A stretch of 64,000 nt of DNA from NCBI GenBank assembly GCA_051294375.1, contig CM119270.1:19943160-20007159 (forward strand), given 5' to 3'. Position numbers and translations under genes: made by a program. Below, piece by piece: positions 31,798 to 45,357 of the stretch. Origin of the DNA: Paraspadella gotoi. Taxonomy: Eukaryota > Animalia > Chaetognatha. The notes beneath the pieces are model-generated. The model was not told the DNA's origin. It made no database searches and saw nothing but the letters and a program-made list of their open reading frames with translations. Each line of letters opens with the position of its first letter. Position 1 is the stretch's first letter.

Positions 31798-32435
31798 ACG
31801 GAGTGACAATAAGTATTCCCCGATCTAATACTTAAAGGGAGTAGGTCTTTTCATACAATTGAAACATTCTTATGAATATTTGATACCAACTTCATTGATA
31901 GGGAAGGCCAGGTTACTCTGGGAGTGAATTAAACGAAATTGTGAGAGAGTCTGATTGAAAGCTTGTAGGGACCTGCTATGTCCATTATCTTGTAAGAGTG
32001 ATGGAGGCCTTAAAAACAACCAAAGCCTGTCAAAGTCAGGGGCAGATAGCATTATTTATTAAAATGACATGATATTTTGTAATATATGGTTGTACCAATT
32101 TCATAAAATTCAAAACTCCTTGTATTTGATGCTAGTGCGGAGTACAATAAGTATTCCCGGATCTTAATACTTAACGGGAGTGGTTTCTTTATTACAATTG
32201 AACATTCTGAATAATTATAACCACTCATTGATAGGGAAGCCAGGATACTCTGGGAGTGAATAAAAACGAAACTGTGAGAGGAGTCTGATTGAAAGCTTTG
32301 TAGGGACCTGCATTGTCATTATCTTGTAGAGTGATGGAGCCTTAAACCACCAAGCCTGTCCAAAGTCAGGGGCAAGCATAGACTTATTTATTAATGAATG
32401 GATATTTTTATATTTGGTTTGTACCAATTTCATTA
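31798..32435. repeat. ~340-bp direct tandem duplication inside the transposon
   Basis: GGAGT.ACAATAAGTATTCCC..ATCT starts at ~31800 and ~32138; both copies end GTACCAATTTCAT. Confidence 0.85.
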
Positions 32436-35313
32436 AAGGAAATCTTACTTTTATACTAGTTAAACATAGTATATTATTGCCATATAAATAACATAGATCG
32501 ATGGTTTATGAGTCATGGGACTTAATTCCCGGTAATTGTACGGTATTTTAAGTTACTGCAGCATACTGCAGCTTCAATTTTTTTTAAGATATATAAAATT
32601 TTAAAGTACGAACTGATGATATTGCTTGTTATACAATTTTGCGCTTATGCTAGAAAAATTAGATTTTTTTGGCATAAAATCCAGTAAACAGTACTCTTTC
32701 AATACCACCAAAATTAAACCCACTAGTTGATCATTGCTAACTTTTCAGGAATGCCAAATAATTATATGTAGTGATTTTTAACCTATTGGGCGCGGAAAAG
32801 GTAAACATGACTCTGATGTTCGGTTGGTCATCCATAATAATGTTTTTCACATTAGCAAAACTAAATACAATCCAAAAGCATAGAAAAAAATGCTTAACGA
32901 TTCTTCTTCTGCTATAAAAAATAAAACAATTTTTGTTAAAACATTCGTGCATGCGGGAGGATCAATTAAGGGGGTAAGATTAAAGTCCGAAATCTGTACA
33001 TTTTTCACTCTTCAAGCAGTCTATACAAGGGTAGATCCACAAAGCATGTTGAGCGCCACCTGATCAAAAATGTTAATGGGTTTAGGGCTTTAGCTTTAAA
33101 ACAAAATTGCCTTTATGAATAAATGTAAATGCCTTTTGTTTGCAGATTTTTTTTTAACTCCAACGTTTCATCCACATCTTCCAACATATGGAGAAAGCCT
33201 CCAGAAAGTCTGTGGAGATCTTACTCACATGTACTCATAAAATATTAAACCTAGTGTGTTTAGGGCAACTAATAAATTCTTTTTTTGAATAAATAACTTT
33301 TAGTTTTTGTGTAGATTAAAGCATGTGGAAAAAAAAATTTTTTTGGATCGTTCAAAGAGGCTACCTTCTGAAGTAGTGCGTCAATCAAGATAAATTTACC
33401 CAATTCTTATCATATGCTACTTCATTTATCTAATTGCTATAATTAATATTATGATTTAAGGTATTATGAATATATTTACTAGTTTAATATTCTGTACAGA
33501 AAAAATTCCTCCAGGATGTAGCTACACAATATTTTTTTGAAAAACAGTTATTTTCATTTATTTGAACTATTAATGTCAATAAAATTTTGTAGAACACTTG
33601 TGTTGCCCACCCAGGTCAGAAGCTATAGTCTTCAACATAATGGCTATTCCCATACTCCAGCAGATTGCTGGTGCTGTTGTTTAAGGTCAGAGTGTAGTTG
33701 AGAACTTTGAAATTCAACTAAGAATCAATTAATACATTTCTTCAAACTGTTTGATGAGAGTGGACGCTAAAATTTCATATCTTATACGCAATTGAATATG
33801 ATGGTGCAAGGTGTGCCAAAAATCCTTCAAGCGCCGGTTAGCGCTAAGGGTGTTAAGCAATTTGAATGAGCGCATTGGTGGAAACCTATTTTTTTTAGGC
33901 CTCCACAAATTATGTTAGTTCTTTGAGATATTTAAAACTTGAGAAATTTAGTGCACACCCTACTGACCCCCTTCAATCCCCACCGCCCCCCCCCTTTCGT
34001 CAGAATTGAAGGATGTGGGCGGTCCAACTCTTCGCTGATAAAATCCTTCCTACTCCGGATTTTTTTTTTATTTGAAAATGTGAGGAGAAAAGAAATTCTG
34101 AAGAGAGGGGAGGAAAAGGAAAGGAGGAAAGAAAATTAGGAAAAAAGGAAAGGGATGGATGATAAAAAAGAAAAGGAGGAAAGAAAATGAGGAAAGAAGG
34201 AAAAGAAGGAAAAAATGAACGTGGGGAATTATGAAAATAGAAAAGGGCTAAGGAAAAATAAATGAGACACGAAAAAACCCGAGGTTTTGCGTTACATTGA
34301 CTAATGGATTGTTCATTTGTTTTCAGCGCGCCTCTGTTCGGACCTCATTTGTATATTTTTTTCTTTATTTTTCAAATCAAATATTTAAATAATCAATCGT
34401 TATTTATTTTTAGGTAATAATTTATATATGCATTAAGCATAGTATAAGTCTAAAATAAATGTATAAAAACGTCTTTTGATCTGTCTTTCAATCTTCTCCG
34501 AAAAAGTAAATACTATTACATATTGTATACTTATTTATTTTACGAAAGGCATGCACTCACAGGCAAACAGACAGACCGACTCTACAGTTAACATTAAAAA
34601 AGAACAAAAATTTTTTATTAACTGAAAATACGAGAGAAAAGTAAAAAAAAAGATAGGAAACGAATGATTAATAGAGAAGAAAGTAAAGAGATGGAATAAA
34701 GTAACCGAAAATTTATGATGGATAATTGATGAAAAAAGAGAGGATTTTAGAATCTAAGAAAAGAAACGAAAAGAAAAGAAAAGAAATAAGAAGATCTTAG
34801 ACTCTAAAATTTAAGAAAAAAAACCAACGAAAAATGAGCAATAAAATAAAAAAAAGTGTTCGGTTAAAAAAAGATAAAAAAATGCAGATGAAAAAAAAGT
34901 GAACAAAACTTGATTTGGATGAAAAGATTTTCAAAGTTGAAATCCGCAAATTCCTTGACTCGTCTGACCTCTGACCTTTTCTCTCTCTTTGTCTGTTTGC
35001 TCGATTTGCTCACTTTCTCTCATCATCAAACTTACTTTGTTTCTTTCTTTCTNNNNNNNNNNNNNNNNNNNNNNNNNTTTCTTTGCTTTCTTTCTTTCTT
35101 CTCTCTTCTTTTCTTTCTTCTTCTTTCTTTCTTTCTTTCTTTCTTTCTTCTTCTTTCTTCTCCTTTCTTACCTTTCTACACGTCAATTCTCTTCCACTTA
35201 CCTCTTTTCTTTTCCTCAGTCGTAACGGCTCGTAGTTGCATCGAGCGTGAATTACGTTTGCGTGTAAATTGCCGGCGACCTGACCTTGTACGGTGCCCCG
35301 AGGGAGAGAAGAG

Positions 35314-35366
<53 letters not shown>

Positions 35367-35392
35367 AGAGAGCAGAGAGAAGAGAGAGAGAG

Positions 35393-35461
<69 letters not shown>

Positions 35462-35549
35462 GCCGCGCAACCTTCTCTTCTCTCGCGCGATTGAGTTTTG
35501 AAACGACGCGAAATCCCATTAGAAGTCGATAGAAAACAAGTGAGCAACG

Positions 35550-35752
35550 CTTCTATCCTCATTGTTTCTCGTCGTTGTGTTGTTGTCTTGTTTCTATCCT
35601 CATTGTTTCTCGTCGTCGTTGTTGTTGTTGTCTTGTTTCTATCCTCATTGTTTCTCGTCGTTGTTTGTTGTTGTCTTGTTTCTATCCTCATTGTTTCTCG
35701 TTGTTGTTGTCTTGTTTCTATCCTCATTGTTCTCGTCGTTGTTGTTGTCTGG
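35550..35752. repeat. ~36-45 bp minisatellite (TCTTGTTTCTATCCTCATTGTTTCTCGTCGTTGTTGTTG)
   Basis: 5-6 units; also at 38580-38800 (self-inverted) and 43292-43335. Confidence 0.9.
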
Positions 35753-36308
35753 TTTTTATTATTCTATTAAATAAATCTTCAATCGTCGTATTTTATTATC
35801 GTCGTCGTCGTCGTCTTCGCATTCGTCGTCATCATCTTCGTCATTGTCTTTGTGGTTAAATTCGTTATTTCTTCGTCTCGTTCATCTTCATCGTCGTCGT
35901 CGTCGTCGTCGTCGTTCGAGATTCTTTCTTTTCAATTTCTTCTTTTGTTCAGCGAAACAAAAACTCATCGATTTTTCATTTCACCATCTCGTCTTTCGTC
36001 TTCGTCTTTTCATCTCTCAACTTTCATCTCTCGTCTCTCGTCTCTCTCTCTTCTCGTCTCTCGTCTCTCGTCTCTTCGCTCTCTCGTCCTCTCAACTCTC
36101 ATCTTCTTCTCTCTTCTCTCTTTTCTCTTCTCTATTCTCTCTTTTCTCTCATCTCTCATCTCTCTTCTGTCTTTCTCTCGTCTCTCGCGCGGACGGGATG
36201 TGCAGGGCCAATGGCATGAGTGGTATCTGTGACGCAGTCTGGCAGTGGTAGCGATGACAATAGTGCCAGAAGACGGAGAGTGTGGCAAGATGAGAAAGGG
36301 AAAGAGAA

Positions 36309-36411
<103 letters not shown>

Positions 36412-37703
36412 TCGGAAACGAAAACGCCGTTTCATTCGTCGCCGATAACGACGCCCACGCACTTTCCGCGTCTTCGGCGGGGCGGCCCGGCTTGTTGCCA
36501 ACTCGGCGTCGTCTGGCGCGGGTTTGTCATACGCTTCGTTGTCGCCGATCTTGTATGGAGGGACGAAAGGCGGCGTCATTTTTAAAAAAAACGGGAATAC
36601 AAGAAATTAATTGTAGCTTTCGTTAATTAATAATATGATTCGCTAACGTAGTAAAATAATGTCGGAAGGATATCATTAAAATTTAATATTTAAAACCTGC
36701 AAAATACCAAGAAAACTATTTATTTAATAACATAGAATTCACAAAAAAAAAAAATTGCTTAGAATTTTCGCATCAATTTCTAAGTTTATCATCGGATTGA
36801 ATTCATATTTTCCATCACTAAAAATATTTCACTATATATAATACAAACTCCATCAATCCGTCCCTTCACTCCATCATTTTCGGCCACCACACCATCACTC
36901 CATCACTCCATCACTTCTTCTCCACTGAATTCCTTCCTCTCTTTTCTTCCCTGAATTTCCTTCTTTTTCTGCTTCGACGATTTCAACTCTTCGAGTTTCA
37001 AAGGAAAAACGAAGGAATCGAATGTTAAAATATCCGGAAAACTCATGCTGATGCTGATGTTGCTGGAGTCATTGCTGGCGTGGTTAATCGTGCTAGCCTC
37101 GATTTGCTGAGTTTTTTCTGCTGTCACTGATTGCGATGGGGTTATTTCTGCCTGGTTGATCTGCAGGAGTTGTTTCTGACAGCGTTGATTGTGGAGGAAT
37201 TGTTTCTGCCAGAATTTATGTTGATGGTGATATTTCTTGTCAGCCGTAATCGATTGGAGTTGTTCTCGCCAGTGTGAATGACGGATTTGATCATAAAATA
37301 ATTTTTATACAATCTTAATGCGAGAGTTTCTGGAAAGGTTGCAGAAACAGATAATAAACTTTTGCCATCGGAACGTCTCTCTTGCTCTCCTTCACCATTC
37401 CTACTCTTCGTTATGACTGAGTGAAAAATTCTCGGACATTATGATCTTATGAAGTCGAATAACTGCATCGTTTCTACTTCCACCGAAATATTGATAATCG
37501 ACTCCCAAAACCTTTTTTCGTCCTTTTCGTGCCACACGCTGTTGCAAGGCGAAGCGATTCCGTTCTCCCGTGAAGCCGCGTTCGGCGTTGCCATGGAAAC
37601 TGTGACGAGTTGCGTGTTTCCGCACGAAACCATCGACTTTATATCGCAAACATTGCAAATTCAAACGAGATGTTGTATCGCTTTAACGCATCGATAAAAA
37701 CAG

Positions 37704-37829
<126 letters not shown>

Positions 37830-38886
37830 TTCTCTTCGTCGCGCGAAATAAACGTAAAAAAAAAACCGAGTTTTGAAATATCCTTGTGTTTCTATAAATT
37901 TTCTTTCCTTTTTTCTCCTTTTTCCTTTCCTTTCCTTTCTTTCTTTTCTTTTCATCTTTTCTTAATTTCTCTTTCTTGTATATACCGAAGGTTATTTATC
38001 AATTTATAAAAAAATTGACAATTATTTTATTAAGTTTTTTTTTCTTAAGAACCTTTAAAAGTCTGGGGGAAAAAACAGCTTCGACTATAATTGTCACAAT
38101 GTTATCTTTCAATACTAAAAAAAAAAATAAAAACTCCAAAGAGTGTTCAAACTTACAAGATTAATAAGAATATGTCTCACTCATTTCGTATTTATTGTTC
38201 TCGCGTTTTATTTTTCGATGAAACAATTCTATATTTAACTAATTGGAATACGAGGAGGATAAAAAAAATTACATCATTGAAACTCTTATTAAGTTGTTAC
38301 TGTTTTCTTCAAATAATTGATAATTCATTGTTTTAAACTCCCACCTTTCAATTCCTTCTTTCGCAGAACCGAATCAAATCAATCAATCAAGCATGTGGTA
38401 AGGGAAAAAAACAAAAAACAAAAACAAAAAGTGCACGAAGCAACTGTTTTTAAACCCCCTCTTTCGCCGGACGGATGAATCGCCCACGGGAATGGGGGAG
38501 AAACAACGAAAAAAAAAAATCATAATCAGTAATCTTCGTCACTAACTAACTAATAATAAATTTTTAGATCTCCTCCTTCCGTCGTTGTTGTTGTTGTCTT
38601 GTTTCTATCCTCATTGTTTCTCGTCGTTGTTGTTGCAACAACAACGAGAAACAATGAGGATAGAAACAAGCACAACAACAACGACGAAACAATGAGGATA
38701 GAAACAAGACAACAACAACAACGACGACGAGAAACAATGAGGATAGAAACAAGACAACAACAACAACGAAACGAAGACGAAAACAATGAGGATAGAAGCG
38801 TTGCTCACTTGTTTTCTATCGACTTCTAATGGGATTTCGCGTCGTTCAAAAACTCAATCGCGCGAGAGAGAGAAGGTTGCGCGGCT

Positions 38887-38952
<66 letters not shown>

Positions 38953-38960
38953 TCTTTCTT

Positions 38961-39061
<101 letters not shown>

Positions 39062-39273
39062 GGGCACCGTACAAGGTCAGTGTGGCGCGGCAATTTACAC
39101 GCAAACGTAATTCACGCTCGATGCAACTACGGACCGTTACGACTGAGGAGAAAGAAAAGAGGGTAAGTGGAAGAGAATTGACGTGTAGAAAGTAAATAGA
39201 AAGAAAAAGGAAGAAAGAAAGAAAGAAAGAAAGAAAAAAGAGAATGAAAGAAAGAAAAAAAGAAAAGAAAGCA

Positions 39274-39317
<44 letters not shown>

Positions 39318-39740
39318 AGACAAAGAAAAAGTAAGTTTGATGATGAGAGAAAGTGAGCAAATCGAGCAAACAGACAAAGAGAGAGAAAAGGTCAGAGGTC
39401 AGACGAGTCAAGGAATTTGCGATTTCAACTTTGAAAATCTTTTCATCCAAATCAAGTTTTGTTCACTTTTTTTCATCTGGCATTTTTTTATCTTTTTTTA
39501 ACCCGAACACTTTTTTTATTTTATTTTGCTCATTTTTCGTTGGTTTTTTTTCTTAAATTTAAGAGTCTAAGATCTTCTTATTTCTTTTCTTTTCTTTTCG
39601 TTTCTTTTCTTAGATTCTAAAATCCTCTCTTTTTTCATCAATGTATCCATCATAAATTTTCGGTTACTTTATTCCATTCTTTCTTTACTTCTCTCTATTA
39701 ATCATTCGTTTCCTATCTTTTTTTTACTTTTTCTCTCCGT

Positions 39741-41177
39741 TACAAGCAACGATTTTATTTTAATGTACAGACAGAGTTGTCGGCTGTTCATTCAAGCGCC
39801 TTCATCGATGTGCTTAGGACATTATCACAGGTTTTCATGCTTTCCGAAATTACTTATGAATGGAGAGAAGAGATGAGAAGAGCAGAAGAGAGAAATAGAT
39901 GACGCAGAGAAGATGACCAACAAAGATATGAGACGGGACAGTGGTGAAATGTTGAGGACAGGTTAAGTTAGTATAGAGAGAGAGAGAGGAAATGTGAGGA
40001 AAGAAATTAAAATATTGTGAATGAGGAGAGAGAGACAGAAACGCAGAGTAACATTTCGGTAAGAAGAGTTACATTAGAAAAATAGTAACAACAATGATGA
40101 AATTTAATAAATAGACAGACGTTAAAAAACTAAAATATGTTAAGATAAGTTCAAAGATAAATATTAATAATTAAAGGATGGAAGTTTGAGATGAAAGTTG
40201 AAATAAAGATGTGAGCGGATAGGTAAGTGACAAGAGTAAGAGAAAAGATAGAAGAAAAGGAAAAAGCCTCAAAATGAGCTTGGCCCCCCCCGGGTCAACA
40301 AGTGGCGGGGATTGGCTGACGTTCGTCGCGGGTCATTGGTTGTCAGGTAGGCTGATGAGGCTATTGTGCGTGGAGAGTTGCGACATGGACGGTCCGGTAA
40401 GCACCCAGGGAAAGAGGCCAAGTGCCAACCTTCGGAATATCTCTTTCAGGGAGGCCTTTGATTAAAAACCGTTGCCGGATCGGCCCTCGTCGCGCCTGTT
40501 GGCGAGGCGGGGGTGTGTCGTGTTTTCGCCTTTTGCAACCCGGAAATTACAGCTCATGTTGAGCTTTTTCGTTTGTTCTTTATGTTTCTCTTAACTCTTT
40601 CATCTTACCTATCGGCGCTCAGACATCTTGTATTTTCAATTTCATGCTAACGATCGTTCGAGCTCCTTTAATTAAGTTAATTTATGCTGAATTAATTGTA
40701 TAATATTTTAGTTTGTTTAAAGTGCGTCTATTTATTAAATTTATGCATTGTGTACAGTTTTCTATGTAACTCTTGCTTACCAGAATGTTAACCTCTGCTC
40801 TGCTTGTCATCTCTCTCTCCCTTCATTCACAAATTTAATTTCTTTTCCCCTCACATTCTCGTCTCTCTGCGTCTCATACTAACTTAAACCTGATCCTCAC
40901 ATTTCAGCCACTCAGTCCTGTCTCATATCTTGTTGTGCCATTTCTTCTCTCTCTATTTCTCTCTCTCTCCTCTCTCTCTCTCTCTCTGTATCTCTCTCCA
41001 AGTTAATTGGGAAAACAATGAAACTGTGAGATTGTCAAAGCACTGATGGGAAGGCTTGAATGGGAAAGCCGAATACTCTGTCTGTACATTAAAATAAAAA
41101 TCTTGTTGCGTAACAAGACTTTGTCTTGCATTTCAACTTACCTAAAACAACAACGAACAGAAAGCTTTGAATCACAA
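39741..41177 (+). mobile_element. Penelope-like retroelement fragment: inverted pseudo-LTR + short body + pseudo-LTR + tail
   Basis: Arms ~39741-40280 and ~40560-41112 are noisy reverse complements. Each has a hammerhead core followed by AATAAA. A ~14-bp flanking duplication TACTTTTCTCTCGT lies at ~39725-39740 and ~41178-41192. The empty site is at ~34628-34645. Confidence 0.65.
41039..41085 (+). ncRNA. Hammerhead ribozyme (noisy copy; twin on minus strand at ~39766-39813)
   Basis: The two-arm consensus GCA-CTGATGA-A-GGCTT(GAATG)AAAGCC-GAAAC-TCT-GTC-TGT has both core boxes, stems I-III and a GUC triplet. Neither copy is perfect as written. Confidence 0.55.
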
Positions 41178-44100
41178 TACTTTTCTTCTCGTATTTTTCA
41201 GTTAATAAAAATTTTTTGTTCTTTTTTAATGTTACTGTAGAGTCGGTCTGGTCTGTTGCCTGTGAGTTGCGCCTTTCGTAAAATAAATAAGTATACAATA
41301 TGTAATAGTATTTACTTTTTCGGAGGAAGATTGAAAGCACAGGATCAAAAGACGTTCTTTATACAAAATTTATTTTAGACTGTATACTATGCTTAATTGC
41401 ATATATAAATTATTACCGTAAAAATAAAAAACGAGTTGACTTATTTAAATATTTGATTTGGAAACAATAAAGAAAAAAAAGTATAATCAAGATGCAGGTC
41501 CGAACAAGGCGCGGCTGAAAACAATGAAAACAAATCCATTAGTCAATGTAAACGCAAAACCTCAGGGTTTTTTCGTGTCTCACTTTATTTTCCTTAGCCT
41601 TGTTTCTATTTTCATAATTCCCCACGTTCATTTTTTCTTCTTTTCTTGCTTTCCTCGATTTTCTTGTTCCTCCTTTTCTTTCTTTATCATCCATCCCTTT
41701 CTTTGTTCCTAATTTTCTTTCTCCTTTCCTTTTACCTCCCCTCCTCAGAATTTCTTTTCTCCTCATTTTCAAAAAGAAAAAAAATGCCCGCGAGTAGGAA
41801 GGATCTTTATCCAGCGAAGAGTTCGACCGCCCCACATCCTTCAATTTCTGACGAAAGGGGCGGGGGGGCGGTGGGGGATAGAAAGGGGTGAGGGGGGGTG
41901 GATTGAAAGGGGGGTCAGGGGGTTATCGACTTCTCGGTTTTATCGCTCTGTCGCCTTTGTTTTCCCCCACCTCGAACAAGTTCTTTTTTTGTCTTTCGAT
42001 TCGGCGCCACACTCTGACTGTTCGGGTTTCGAGTCACAAGCACGGGCGAGATACAGGGTGACCCGTTAACAGAGTTATGAAATTAAAACTACGAAAATAT
42101 TAGGTCATTCAAGTAGTTTGTGGTCTCTTTTTCATTTTCATATTACTTTTTTTTATACCATTTTCGCATTGGATGCGTCCTTAAGCTCAGCAGTTCTCAA
42201 TGTTAATCTTTAAACGACAATCCATTAATTTTTAGATTTAGTCCACAACTCGATTTCCTTCTTCTTTGCTTCTATTTTTAAGCCCTTCCCTTCTTTTCCC
42301 AACGGAGAAACTTTGCAAAGGCCGAAACCCACGAAGCTCAAACTTAAATTAGAGGATTCTAAGAAAAACACAGACTTGGTTCGTTTTTCTCTTTTTTTTA
42401 TTTTCTTCTGGGTTTTTTTCGCCTGTTTATTCTCGAATGGGTCAGTCTGGATGTCGGTCAGGATTAAGGCCAAAGTGACGACTGATCAGCATTGAGCGCA
42501 AATTACATCTGGTTGCCGGATTGAGGCCAGAGTTAAGGTCTGTAAAGTATTTGAGGACAAAAGGGGCCTGTTCATGCATTAGCCTAAGAGTGACAATCTT
42601 ATCAAGACTGAGACCAAGTGAAGTACAGTCAGGATAGAGGGCCAAATGCACGACTAGTTCAGGATAGAGGCCAGGTGATGTCGGGTTAAGATTGAGGCCA
42701 CAACATCTGTCTTTGCATTCGCGATGAAAGAAACGAGTCAGCCATGAAAATACGCAATTCGGATCTAAGATTTTGTCGCGTCGTCCGCGTTGAGAGGAAA
42801 AATTCCGTCTTTGGACTCAAAGAAAAGAAGGTTCATGGGCAATGCCCATTGGCATGGGCCAAGGAGAGAAGGGAGAGCGGCCAAGAGAAGACCATGGCAT
42901 GTCAAGGAAAGAAGTGAGAGGCCAAGAGAAACCATGGCAAGGACGAGGGCAATGGTGAGGCAGATAGGGCCGATTCGAGGGAAAGGCGATGGGATTGCCA
43001 AAGGAAAGGGACGATGGCAATGCAATGGCTGGAGGAGAAAGGCGTTGACGATGGCGATCGTAAAGCGAAAGGGGGGCAATGGCAATGGCGATGGCGATGA
43101 TTAGGGGAGAAGCGATGGCATCGTGAAGGAAAGGGCAATGGCAATGCGATGCGATGACAAATAATGAGGCAAAAAAGCAGAAAACGATTGGCAATGGCAA
43201 GGCGAGAGATAAGACGAGAGTTGTGGGTGAAGACGAAATCGAAAGGTGATGACCAAAAGGATGGTCNNNNNNNNNNNNNNNNNNNNNNNNNTCTTGTTTC
43301 TATCCTCATTGTTTCTCGTCGTTGTTGTTGTCTGGTTTTTATTATTCTATTAAATTAAATCTTCAATCGTCGTATTTTAATTATTCGTCGTCGTCGTCGT
43401 CTTCGCATTCGTCGTCATCATCTTCGTCATTGTCTTTGTGGTTAAATTCGTTATTTTCTTCGTCTTCGTCATCTTCATCGTCGTCGTCGTCGTCGTCGTC
43501 GTCGAATTCTTTCTTTTCAATTTTCTTCTTTTGTTCAGCGAAACAAAAACTCATCGATTTTTCATTTCACCATCTCGTCTTTCGTCTTTCGTCTTTCATC
43601 TCTCAACTTTCATCTCTCGTCTCTCGTCTCTCATCTCTCGTCTCTCGTCTCTCGTCTCTCGTCTCTCGTCTCTCGTCTCTCGTCTCTCGTCTCTCATCTC
43701 TCAACTCTCATCTTTCTTCTCTCTTCTCTCTTTTCTCTTCTCTATTCTCTCTTTTCTCTCATCTCTCATCTCTCTTCTGTCTTTTCTCTCGTCTCTCGCG
43801 CGGACGGGATGGCAGGGCCAATGGCATGAGTGGTATCTGTGACGCAGTCTGGCAGTGGTAGCGATGACAATAGTGCCAGAAGGAGAGAGTGTGGCAAGAT
43901 GAGAAAGGGAAAGAGAAAGGGAGAGAGAGAGAGAGAGAGAGAGAGAGCGTCGGAAACGAAAACGCCGTTTCATTCGTCGCCGATAACGACGCCCACGCAC
44001 TTCCGGTCTTCGGCGGGGCGCCGGCTTGTTGCCAACTCGGCGTCGTCTGGCGCGGGTTTGTCATACGCTTCGTTGTCGCCGATCTTTGATGGAGGGACGA

Positions 44101-45232
44101 AAGCGGCGTCATTTTTAAAAAAAAAGGGAATACAAGAAATTAATTGTAGCTTTCGTTAATTAATAATATGATTCGCTAACGTAGTAAAATAATGTCGGAA
44201 GGATATCATTAAAATTTAATATTTAAAACCTGCAAAATACCAAGAAAACTATTTATTTAATAACATAGAATTCACAAAAAAAAAAAATTTGCTAGAATTT
44301 TCGCATCAATTTCTAAGTTTATCATCGGATTGAATTCATATTTTCCATCACTAAAAATATTTCACTATATATAATACAACTCCATCAATCCGTCCCTTCA
44401 CTCCATCATTTTCGGCACCACACCATCACTCCATCACTCCATCACTTCTTCTCCACTGAATTCCTTCCTCTCTTTTCTTCCCCTGAATTTCCTTCTTTTT
44501 TCTGCTTCGACGATTTCAACCTTCGAGTTTCAAAGGAAAAACGAAGGAATCGAATGTTAAAATATCCGGAAAACTCATGCTGATGCTGATGTTGCTGGAG
44601 TCATTGCTGGCGTGGTTAATCGTGCTAGCCTCGATTTGCTGGAGTTTTTTCTGCTGTCACTGATTGCGATGGGGTTATTTCTGCCTGGGTTGATCTTGCA
44701 GGAGTTGTTTCTGACAGCGTTGATTGTGGAGGAATTGTTTCTGCCAGAATTTATGTTGATGGTGATATTTCTGTCAGCCGTAATTCGATTGGAGTTGTTC
44801 TCGCCAGTGTGAATGACGGATTTGATCATAAAATAATTTTTATACAATCTTATGCGAGAGTTTCTGGAAAGGTTGCAGAACAGATAATAAACTTTTGCCA
44901 TCGGGAACGTCTCTCTTGCTCTCCTTCACCATTCCTACTCTTCGTTATGACTGAGTGAAAAATTCTCGCGACATTATGATCTTATGAAGTCGAATAACTG
45001 CATCGTTTCTACTTCCACCGAAATATTGATAATCGACTCCCAAAACCTTTTTTCGTCCTTTTCGTGCAACACGCTGTTGCAAGGCGAAGCGATTCCGTTC
45101 TCCCGTGAAGCCGCGTTCGGCGTTGCCATGGAAACTGTGACGAGTTGCGTGTTTCCGCACGAAACCATCGACTTTATATCGCAAACATTGCAAATTCAAC
45201 GAGATGTGTATCGCTTTAACGGCATCGATAAA

Positions 45233-45357
<125 letters not shown>

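Larger units (their letters stand above)
28812..33962. mobile_element. 5.15-kb DNA transposon with ~0.9-kb TIRs (fold-back; hAT- or MULE-like), apparently non-autonomous
   Basis: Termini TAGGG...CCCTA. The flanking repeat CTGACCCCC occurs at 28803-28811 and 33963-33971. Segment ~28812-29760 is an imperfect reverse complement of ~33050-33962. The empty site, with a single copy of the target, is at ~41905-41925 (minus strand). Confidence 0.8.

Noticed and set aside
35550-35752. CRISPR-like regularly spaced ~30-bp repeats
   Set aside because: The spacers are just variable (GTT)n tracts; eukaryotic context and no cas genes, so this is a minisatellite.
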